Assembly: GCA_013204395.1 (NCBI GenBank)
Contig: JABMNZ010000017.1
Location: 2,490 to 66,489, forward strand
Direction: 5' to 3'
Source: Parcubacteria group bacterium
GTDB taxonomy: Bacteria; Patescibacteriota; Patescibacteriia; UBA9934; GWF2-40-263
Length of the DNA: 64,000 nt
Below the pieces are notes generated by a model. The model saw nothing but the letters and a program-made list of their open reading frames with translations. It was not told the DNA's origin and searched no databases. Shown one piece after another: positions 38,734 to 46,722 of this stretch. The position numbers and the translations under genes are program-made. Positions within the stretch are counted from its first letter, which is position 1; every line of letters begins with the position of its first letter.

Positions 38734-39735
38734 ATGCGGGGGGGGGGGAGAAATAGGCGTCCTCATAGGTTGGATAGTTATGATTTGTTTTCACGGATCA
38801 CTTCAATAGAAAACCTTTTTATCGCATGGGAACGTTTTCGTAAAGGTAAGCGAAGTCGCCAAGACGTAATGTTATTTGAACGCCATCTTGAAGACAACTT
38901 GTTTGCCCTACAAGCCGAACTTGCCTCAGGTGCTTACCAGCATAGTCCCTACGAGCGATTTACCATCCACGACCCAAAACAACGTACTATTCACAAGGCC
39001 GATGTAAAAGATCGCGTTGTCCATCAAGCCATTGTGAATGTTATCGAGCCCTTATTTGAGAAGCGATTCATTTATGACAGTTATTCATGCCGTGTAGGAA
39101 AAGGTACGCATGCGGCGGTGAAGAGGCTGAGGACGTTCTTGCTCAGAGATAGTATCAACAATATAAAAACAGTCTACGCTCTCAAATGTGACATTCAAAA
39201 GTTTTTCGCGAGTGTGAATCATCGAAAGCTTCTTCATCTTCTTGAAAGACACATTCACGATCCCGAAACCATGAAGCTGCTTACTGGTGTCATTGAAAGC
39301 TTTTCTGTTTCGCCTGGCGTGGGAATACCTCTGGGCAATCTCACAAGTCAATTATTCGCAAACGTGTACCTTCATGAGTTGGATTGGTTCGCGAAGCAAG
39401 AACTAAAAGTGCACCACTACGTTCGGTACTGTGACGATTTTGTGTTGCTCGCAGAATCCCAGGAAGAATGTGATGTATTCACTGAACGAATTGAGATGTT
39501 TCTTAAAAGTCATCTCCACATGCATCTGCATCCAAACAAAGTACACGTGAGGACCTGGAGGCAGGGTGTAGATTTTCTCGGATATATATTGTTACCACAC
39601 ACGACCATTTTACGACCGTCTACAAAGAAAAGGATGATCCGCAAAATCAACAAGGACAATGCAAGTTCGTACCTTGGTTTGTGTCAGCACGCAAACGCCT
39701 TTGATCTTGAACGAATGTTAAAGAACCTAGTTTGA
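38734..39735 (+). CDS. DGR reverse transcriptase
   Basis: RT motifs including the DGR-characteristic IPLGNLTSQLFANVYLHELD and catalytic YCDDFVLL. The ATG at 38734 is followed by a G11 tract; TTG at 38770 or 38785 are alternative starts. Confidence 0.85.
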   Translation: MRGGGRNRRPHRLDSYDLFSRITSIENLFIAWERFRKGKRSRQDVMLFERHLEDNLFALQAELASGAYQHSPYERFTIHDPKQRTIHKADVKDRVVHQAIVNVIEPLFEKRFIYDSYSCRVGKGTHAAVKRLRTFLLRDSINNIKTVYALKCDIQKFFASVNHRKLLHLLERHIHDPETMKLLTGVIESFSVSPGVGIPLGNLTSQLFANVYLHELDWFAKQELKVHHYVRYCDDFVLLAESQEECDVFTERIEMFLKSHLHMHLHPNKVHVRTWRQGVDFLGYILLPHTTILRPSTKKRMIRKINKDNASSYLGLCQHANAFDLERMLKNLV

Positions 39736-40137
39736 TACCGATTCTCGCATTCCTATATTTCCGTAGTCTTCCCCCCGGGACTTCTCTGTTGCACATGATT
39801 CTCTACCTTGACAGCCTGCTCTTTTGCGACAGGATTCGGTTTGGATTCCTTGACCCTAGGTTTCTTTTTTGATGAGTCTATGGGGCTACTTGGTTTTTGG
39901 GAAGCTATCGATCGTGGAAGCTGGATAGAAATTCTGCTTAGATTTTTTAGGGTAATCAGAAATTATTTCAGAACAAACTCGTTGACTGATTGCTACTGAT
40001 AAAATATCTGCAATTTGAATATGAGTTCGCATACTTGTATATGCATGATTGGATCATTATTATTCTTTTGAACTGTTTGGAGAGTTTATCAAACTAAAAA
40101 TAATTGACTTATATTAATGGTTTTGGGATTCCAATGA

Positions 40138-41115
40138 TCAACCCTTGATAATACCTTTTTTTGCGAATCGTTCTAAAAGTTGTTTGGCTAGAAAAATCGC
40201 ATAATCAATATCTTGATCTTCTGTCATTTCAAAATAACTAATATCTTGATTCCAATGCTCCATACTTTTCTCAACATATTGAACTTGTTTTTCAGGATCG
40301 TTTACGTCTTTAGGTTTAGTCCTCGTCATGTCCATGCGTACTTTCGATTTATAGATATGAATTGCAACAACATTTACATTTCCAATTTTGTAACCAATAT
40401 ATTGTTTTGTAGGTGCTTCTTCAAAACGAGAATCTAAAGATAGTAACTTATCTCGCAAAGAATCAAATAAATCGTGAGAGTTATTCCAATCAGATTTGAA
40501 ATGATCAGCTACGGTGTAGGTTTTCACCTCACGACTAACCTTACTCACAGTTTCATCTTTTGTAACTGTCTTTATTGATTCTGCTGTATGGATGGCTTTG
40601 ATCGGATTGTATGAAAATAAGCTGTTCTCATATTTTCGAACCTCCCACAATTCGATCGGTAAATCCTTGAAGTTTATTGCCTCGCGCTGATGTGTCGTGA
40701 AGCTGTGGGCAAGGAATAGAACACGTGATTGTGACCAATCTATATCGTCGCGTTTTAGACTGCCTTGCATCTGCTCGTTATACTCTAGGATAAAATCTGC
40801 CTTGTTATTGAGCATAAGTGCGAGGTATGCAAAACCTTGGTCTACTACACTAAAACTTTTGTCACGCTTGTACTCAATAATCACAAAAGCACTCGTCTCT
40901 GTATCGAATGCTAGCGTATCTATCCGGAGATTATTTAGTTGAAATTCTGTCGCAACGAACTTTAGGTTAAATACGGTTTCAATATTATTCTCCGTCAATT
41001 CTTGCAGATCTTTTTCAAGTCCAATCTTCAGCTCTCGGACAGTTTCTAAATTATTCTTTGATTGTTTAAATACAGGCATAGTATTCACATTATTGCAGAA
41101 AATACACTTACCCAC
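40138..41115 (-). CDS. Putative PD-(D/E)XK-fold nuclease-like protein
   Basis: N-terminal RIDTLAFDTETSAFVIIEYKRD matches a D...E.K nuclease core; C-terminal domain unknown. Confidence 0.4.
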   Translation of the reverse strand: MGKCIFCNNVNTMPVFKQSKNNLETVRELKIGLEKDLQELTENNIETVFNLKFVATEFQLNNLRIDTLAFDTETSAFVIIEYKRDKSFSVVDQGFAYLALMLNNKADFILEYNEQMQGSLKRDDIDWSQSRVLFLAHSFTTHQREAINFKDLPIELWEVRKYENSLFSYNPIKAIHTAESIKTVTKDETVSKVSREVKTYTVADHFKSDWNNSHDLFDSLRDKLLSLDSRFEEAPTKQYIGYKIGNVNVVAIHIYKSKVRMDMTRTKPKDVNDPEKQVQYVEKSMEHWNQDISYFEMTEDQDIDYAIFLAKQLLERFAKKGIIKG

Positions 41116-41172
41116 AATGTGAAGTAACTAAAAACTCCTTATCAAAAGGAGTTTTTAGTCTGCGTGTAAAGT

Positions 41173-41748
41173 CTAAAATCCAAGACTTATCTTAGCTTCT
41201 TTGCTTCCAAAAAGTGATAGATCGCCAACGATCAAAGAAAATCCCTCAGCATCAGCTGGAACTTCGTACACATCTGCAAAGGTGAACGGTAAGTTTGGAT
41301 TGAGGTTTTCTAAAATAAAAAGCTGTTCAGCACCTAGGTTCTTAAAACTGCTTGATGAATTTGTAAATTCACGACCCTTATTATCGACAAGTTTTAGATT
41401 CGACGTCGACTTCATGTCACTTCCTAGATTTTCAACAGTTGCGTTTATGACAATAAATTTTCCTTGAGTCGTCTCTGATCCACCAAAGGCTCCAGAAAGT
41501 GATGTTTTAGAATAGGCGTCTGTGACAACCCATTTTACTTCTCCTACCGTTACTTCATCGTTCAATGAATAACTCACCGTTGCTTCGCTTTTGTTTGAGT
41601 CTCCTGATGAGCCTGTATTAGAAGTTGGACTGCTATCACCACCAATTGCACCGATGAAAATAAAGAAGATTATCACCGCACCGATACCAGTGAGAATCTT
41701 GTGTTTTGCGAACCAGTTTTTACTGGAGTCTCTTGAATCTTTGCTCAT
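41173..41748 (-). CDS. DUF4352-like membrane-anchored extracytoplasmic protein
   Basis: N-terminal TM, Ser/Gly linker, then a beta-sandwich domain resembling DUF4352 (FIVINATVENLGSD...). Confidence 0.45.
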   Translation of the reverse strand: MSKDSRDSSKNWFAKHKILTGIGAVIIFFIFIGAIGGDSSPTSNTGSSGDSNKSEATVSYSLNDEVTVGEVKWVVTDAYSKTSLSGAFGGSETTQGKFIVINATVENLGSDMKSTSNLKLVDNKGREFTNSSSSFKNLGAEQLFILENLNPNLPFTFADVYEVPADAEGFSLIVGDLSLFGSKEAKISLGF

Positions 41749-41854
41749 ATTTTTGCGTAGGGATTAATTGATATTGCTCAGGAACACAAAAGGCCTCCCT
41801 GAACTGACGGCAACAATCTTTCGAAAGCTACCCCGAGCCCTTGCGGAACTCGAC

Positions 41855-41902
41855 CCTACGCAAATAGATGTCAGCCAAGAAGGCCGTCAATATTTGCGTA
41901 GG
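41855..41902. repeat. 12-bp inverted repeat with 24-nt spacer
   Basis: cctacgcaaata ... tatttgcgtagg. Confidence 0.3.
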
Positions 41903-42256
41903 TGTTGCCATGCTCACAGGACGTGAGTTTAGGCAATTTGTATTGATATAGTAGCTTACAATCTTATTACCGTAAAGATATTCTGTGTACTGAAAGTTAA
42001 AAACAGGGAATGGGATTCGAACCGAGATTCTTCTCTCACCTTAGGGACGAAACAGGATTTTGGACAAAATGACCGACGGTGGGACTCGAACTTTTTCCGA
42101 ACCGAAAGCGACGAACAAGACGACGACGCACTCGAGTCTCGAACTTGAGCCGTGTGCGTTTTAAGTAACAAAGACGGGTAAAACAAAAGCACTCGACCGA
42201 AGTCGAGGCTCTGTGCAATCTGACGGACATGGGTCGCGTCAGAACTTTTTTGCTTT

Positions 42257-42331
42257 TGGCTCGGGGGGAGGGATTCGAACCCTCGACCCATTGGTTAACA
42301 GCCAATTGCTCTGCCGCTGAGCTACCCCCGA
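42257..42331 (-). tRNA. tRNA-Asn (anticodon GTT)
   Basis: Minus-strand cloverleaf with acceptor UCGGGGG/CCCCCGA, D-arm GCUCAGCGGCAGAGC, anticodon loop CUGUUAA, T-arm GAGGG-UUCGAAU-CCCUC, discriminator G and encoded CCA. Confidence 0.85.
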
Positions 42332-42543
42332 TTGTAAACGGCTCAATATCGGTGACCTTTCAACTTCTCGCTCCGCTCTTCAGTCGAAGACCGTTTTAGG
42401 TCATCTCCTTCAGTGCTCGCTCGGGCGTTGAAATCTCATCCAATATTGAACCGTTTACTGAATTCTCTAAGAGAACGAGACGAGTATAGCAAGGGGATTG
42501 GTCCTGTGCAAGACCTTCTGGGGAGAAATGATATACTTCTTTC

Positions 42544-43653
42544 ATGATCTCATTTGTGAAAAATTTTCTGCGTTTTCGCGCACTTAAGCGACTTTATGCT
42601 CGTCATGAGAGGTTGATGGTTCCTGGCATGCTTTTGATTGGTGTGTTGGTCGACGTGCTCACTTTTAGGACGATTAGCGTGAGTACAGCTTTCATTGTTC
42701 TGGGAGTGTATGCCGTTATAGCCGGTGTCATGATTGCCCTGATGCATTGGTATGACTCGGGGAAGAGGTTGATCGAGAAACCAACCGCTCTTGGGTATGT
42801 CCGCCTTGTTGCTCCTCTTATTGTTCAATTCACATTTGGTGCACTGCTGAGCGCGTCACTTATCTTCTATTGGTTCTCCGGCGCGTTTACTGTTTCATGG
42901 CCATTGATTTTGGCTCTGATAATTCTAATCGGTGCCAACGATGTTTTTCGAGAGCATTACCTTAAGCCCATAGTGCAGTTGAGTGTTTACTACTTCATTC
43001 TTTTCTCAGTTCTCTCGGTCGCGCTTCCGTTTGTTTACAATTCTGTTAGCCCATGGGCGTTTGGATCAGCTGGACTTGGAAGTCTATTATTGGTTGCGGT
43101 GTATGTCGCAATACTTTTTCGCCTGCGACCGGATCTCCGTCACTTACAACCACACCCAGCTATCCCGATCATGATCATTTTTGCAGTCATGAACGGCTTG
43201 TACTTTTTCAATGTCATTCCACCAATCCCACTTTCTCTGACAGACACAGGCATCTATCATTCTGTTGAACGTTCAGGTGGTGGTTATACGGTTCTTGCCG
43301 AGCAAGAATCTCTACTTGAGCAAATACTGCCAGGGCAGACGATTCACGCATATGCAGGTGAGCGCGTGTATGTGTATGCATCGATCTTTGCTCCAGTTGA
43401 TTTAGACACAACCGTTGTGCATCACTGGCAACACTATATAGATGGAGAAGGGTGGGTGAGTATCAATGCATCTTCATACGGAATTAGTGGTGGCCGCGCG
43501 GACGGTTACAGAGGCTATTCATATCTAACTGGCCACAGCCCCGGAAAGTGGCGAGTAGATGTCGAGACTGTCCGTGGGCAGGTGATCGGAAGAATAAGGT
43601 TCTCAATCGAAGAGACAGACGAGCCTGTTATAGTCAAAAATCTTACAAAGTAA
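42544..43653 (+). CDS. Polytopic membrane protein with C-terminal beta-domain (DUF2914-like)
   Basis: About 7 TM helices, then a soluble C-terminal domain (GKWRVDVETVRGQVIGRIRF). Confidence 0.45.
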   Translation: MISFVKNFLRFRALKRLYARHERLMVPGMLLIGVLVDVLTFRTISVSTAFIVLGVYAVIAGVMIALMHWYDSGKRLIEKPTALGYVRLVAPLIVQFTFGALLSASLIFYWFSGAFTVSWPLILALIILIGANDVFREHYLKPIVQLSVYYFILFSVLSVALPFVYNSVSPWAFGSAGLGSLLLVAVYVAILFRLRPDLRHLQPHPAIPIMIIFAVMNGLYFFNVIPPIPLSLTDTGIYHSVERSGGGYTVLAEQESLLEQILPGQTIHAYAGERVYVYASIFAPVDLDTTVVHHWQHYIDGEGWVSINASSYGISGGRADGYRGYSYLTGHSPGKWRVDVETVRGQVIGRIRFSIEETDEPVIVKNLTK

Positions 43654-43656
43654 AAA

Positions 43657-43709
43657 GACTCCCGAGGGGGGAGTCAGTGGAACACCGCTTCGTCGCGGTG
43701 TTTTCTATC
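43657..43709. terminator. Two back-to-back hairpin terminators serving convergent genes
   Basis: gactccc-gaggg-gggagtc (minus-strand T-run) and acaccgc-ttcgtc-gcggtgt followed by tttct (plus strand). Confidence 0.5.
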
Positions 43710-44874
43710 TGATCTCACGGAGGTTGCCGCCCCAGTGATGGGTCAGGCAGATCCAGGCGAGATCCTCGATCCAGCTAATGATCTGCAGTCGACCATTGTG
43801 TTGCATCCGACCGAACCCACCGTTTACCGGAAGCGGGATGGTGTCGGTGACGATGAGCTTGGAGATCGGACACCCAGCAGCGGTGAATCGCTCCTCAGCC
43901 TCTCCACAGAGAACGGCATGTGTTGCCGCACCCCATACATCTGCCGCTTCGTTGCCAGCAAGTGCCTTCAGCTCGTCCGTTCCACGAAGTACACGGGCGA
44001 ACTTCATCATTGAGCCAGCGGTGGCAATCTCGTCGTCGAACATGACGGCGATTCTTCCTCGAACCAGTCGAGGGTCGCCAACAATGCCGACGATCTTGGT
44101 CTCTGTTGCACTCAGACGTCGTTTGAGTGCCGTGACGTCAGGGAACGTGAGCCCCATCTCAAGCTCGATTGCACCACGTGCTGTATCAAAGCGCTTGCGT
44201 GCACTGTCGTCTGGGAAGACGAGACACAATCGTTCCGGATCCGGCACCAAAGAGATGACGTGCTTGAGCACGCGCCGAGTGAGGTACACAGGAGTGACCT
44301 GCCCAGGTCTTCCGACCATGGAGATCTGCTCGCTGTGCGGATCGACGCAGATCCACCGGTGCAGTCCAACGGCTCCACATGCTGCTTCTACCAGCGCCAT
44401 CAGCATGGGCGGCATGGTCAGCTCGGTGTCACCCTCGTCCTTGTCAGAGCGACACAGTGGGAAATAGCCGGTGATGAGCGTGATGCGAGCGGCGTGACGA
44501 CCTCCGACATACGAGAGCGTCCAGAAAAGGTCCATGAGCATCTGGTCCGTTCCGGGACCTGTGGTGATGACCATGACGTCGTGCTCGCGGACATGACGAC
44601 CACCGAGCCTTACGAACGTCTCTTTGCTGGGACGACGACTGAAGTCCGGGGTAGCGATGTCTACGGGCGTCAGTCTCTCGCCGGGTCGACGTCCGCGCTC
44701 TTCAATGAGCCTTGCGACGCTTTCTACCACGGGCTGAAAACTCGGAGTTCCAGGTACCAGGGAAAGTCCACCAACCCTGTTGAAGGGGGGGGCGCTTCCA
44801 TCTCTTGTACGCGCGGAGCCAAACGGACTCATCGCTCGACAGGCCCAGGATTCCTGTTGCCCGCTTGATTGCAT
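43705..44874 (-). CDS. Ribose-phosphate pyrophosphokinase (PRPP synthetase)-like protein; G+C-rich islet gene 5
   Basis: Prs-like N-terminal region (LSLVPGTPSF ... RLGGRHVREHDVMVITT), VDPHSEQI and the PRPP-binding loop MFDDEIATAGS. Strong GC3 bias. A C8/G8 tract sits in the N-terminal region, so the start is uncertain. Confidence 0.6.
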   Translation of the reverse strand: MQSSGQQESWACRAMSPFGSARTRDGSAPPFNRVGGLSLVPGTPSFQPVVESVARLIEERGRRPGERLTPVDIATPDFSRRPSKETFVRLGGRHVREHDVMVITTGPGTDQMLMDLFWTLSYVGGRHAARITLITGYFPLCRSDKDEGDTELTMPPMLMALVEAACGAVGLHRWICVDPHSEQISMVGRPGQVTPVYLTRRVLKHVISLVPDPERLCLVFPDDSARKRFDTARGAIELEMGLTFPDVTALKRRLSATETKIVGIVGDPRLVRGRIAVMFDDEIATAGSMMKFARVLRGTDELKALAGNEAADVWGAATHAVLCGEAEERFTAAGCPISKLIVTDTIPLPVNGGFGRMQHNGRLQIISWIEDLAWICLTHHWGGNLREIR

Positions 44875-45077
44875 CTTTCAAGTGGGCTGGTATTCCATCG
44901 CGGCCAAAGGGCAGTCCGGTCATCGGGTCGTCTCCATCCTCATTATTGAGGAGCGAGTTAACCTAAGCAAAAAACAGCCCTATGTCAAGGCTGTTTTATC
45001 TGTTGGATTTTGGATTCCAGGTGTCTCGAGGTTGTTACATTCTGTGTGCCCAGGCTTCCTTTCTGTCTACTTCTTGT

Positions 45078-46187
45078 TCACGCCGCTGTCTCTCTTGATA
45101 GGGAAGGTAGTCCATACTCACCAATTCTATCAGTTTGCTCGATCTGTTCCCAGGGAGCTGCACTGTTTGTGAAGTGTCCGTGTGTACAATTTTCTTGATA
45201 GTGAGGGCTGCGCAGATCAAGCAGATCGATAATTGCTAGCGGACGAAAATCATATTTTGATAGAAGGTGATCGAGTGAGTTGTCGTCTTGATCTACAGCA
45301 CTCACCATGAGGGGCTCAGCACGGCCAATGGCATAGGCAACTGAAACGAGCACTTCCTCTGCAGCTCCGGAGGCGACAATTTGCTTTGCAACATAACGTG
45401 CCATGTAGGCGGCAGAGCGATCTACCTTGGTTGCATCTTTTCCAGAAAAGGCACCGCCACCATGGGGAATGACACCCCCATAGGTATCAACCATGATCTT
45501 TCTACCCGTAAGACCAGCGTCTGCTTCAAAACCACCGACAACGAAACTGCCTGATGGATTTATAATTAGATTCTTTGGTGGAGCAAGTCGATAGTGAGAA
45601 AGTACTGGGATAACTACATGCTTGACCAAGTCAGAACGGATTTGGTTAATACTGACATCCTCATCGTGTTGAACGCTGAGTAGAATTGTTTCTACCTGAC
45701 CGTCACGAACAGTGGCTTGGCTTTTTCCATCGGGTCGTAGCCATGGGATTATATTGTCATGCCTAACGCTATCCAGACGTCGTGTGAGGGCATGGGCAAC
45801 AGCTGTGGCGATCGGAAGTAATTCTGGTGTTTGGTTACATGCATAGCCATACATGATTCCTTGATCACCAGCACCACCATCATTTATACCAGCTGAAATT
45901 TCAGGAGACTGTTTCACAACTCGTTCAATCACATCGATTGGATCCTTATGTCCTATGTCGCTATAAACTTTTAGTGCCAGTGCAGTAAGATCCACTTCTG
46001 CGTTTGAAGTTATCTCACCACCGATAACCAACATGCCATGTGAGCCAAACGTTTCAACTGCAACTCTAGACTTAGGGTCCTGTGCTAGGTGGGCGTCAAG
46101 AATTGCGTCTGAGATTTGGTCACATACTTTGTCAGGGTGACCAGAGGTAACAGACTCGCATGTATAGACTGAGGGTAGGGTACTCAT
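45078..46187 (-). CDS. metK: S-adenosylmethionine synthetase
   Basis: ESVTSGHPDKVCDQISDAILDAHL N-terminal signature and GGGAFSGKD P-loop. Confidence 0.9.
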   Translation of the reverse strand: MSTLPSVYTCESVTSGHPDKVCDQISDAILDAHLAQDPKSRVAVETFGSHGMLVIGGEITSNAEVDLTALALKVYSDIGHKDPIDVIERVVKQSPEISAGINDGGAGDQGIMYGYACNQTPELLPIATAVAHALTRRLDSVRHDNIIPWLRPDGKSQATVRDGQVETILLSVQHDEDVSINQIRSDLVKHVVIPVLSHYRLAPPKNLIINPSGSFVVGGFEADAGLTGRKIMVDTYGGVIPHGGGAFSGKDATKVDRSAAYMARYVAKQIVASGAAEEVLVSVAYAIGRAEPLMVSAVDQDDNSLDHLLSKYDFRPLAIIDLLDLRSPHYQENCTHGHFTNSAAPWEQIEQTDRIGEYGLPSLSRETAA

Positions 46188-46515
46188 AGAGTTCTATGTT
46201 TAAAATAAAACGACATCTCGCAGGAGATGTTCATAAAGAATTATCGTTCCCGCTAAGGCCACGTAAAAACTCTTTCGAGTCACGTGGCAGGGCTGGATGG
46301 CGCACCCTTCGACAAGCTCATGGCCTGTCGGGGTTGCGGGTGGGTCATAGAGCCAGAACTCTCACCACACTCTTGATAGTTAAATTGTGAATGAAGAATA
46401 ACAGAAGTATTTTTGATTTACAATGGCATATCTGTGGATGAGTATTCGTTGCACCCTGCTCATCTCCTTTATTTGATACAATGATCCTATACATTCATTC
46501 AAACAAGAAAAAAAT

Positions 46516-46722
46516 ATGAAAAAAGTTCTTTTGGTAATGATTATGGTCGTCGCAGCGCTTGGCGCAGTGGTATTGTGGTCGGCGGTGGGAGTTTGGGATG
46601 TTGTGGATACAGGGCTTGGTGATGGAGCGAAAGAGGGCACCTCTTCCATAGAGATCCCTACAGTCAACCCAACAGAAAATACGAATCCAATCAGAGAAAG
46701 TTATACAAACCCGTTTGAATAA
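46516..46722 (+). CDS. Small predicted secreted/membrane peptide
   Basis: Signal/TM helix MKKVLLVMIMVVAALGAVVLWSAVG; overlaps the next gene start. Confidence 0.3.
   Translation: MKKVLLVMIMVVAALGAVVLWSAVGVWDVVDTGLGDGAKEGTSSIEIPTVNPTENTNPIRESYTNPFE

Noticed and set aside
39736-40137. About 400-bp ORF-free region after the RT, containing the small ORF 39808..39999.
   Set aside because: No promoter or terminator pairing, no repeat structure and no RNA motif that I could support. The small ORF has no Shine-Dalgarno or recognisable features; the region is probably 3' UTR or intergenic.
41956-42305. Overlapping ORFs 41956..42291 (-) and 42036..42305 (-).
   Set aside because: They overlap tRNA-Asn and the tRNA-like fragment region, and their translations look nonsensical; they are not coding.
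44700-44925. Possible N-terminal extension of the prs-like gene via a frameshift at the C8/G8 tract, joining ORF 44702..44923 (-).
   Set aside because: The Prs-like domain begins just downstream of the tract, so a normal start near 44835-44874 is sufficient. The extension is not needed and is unsupported.
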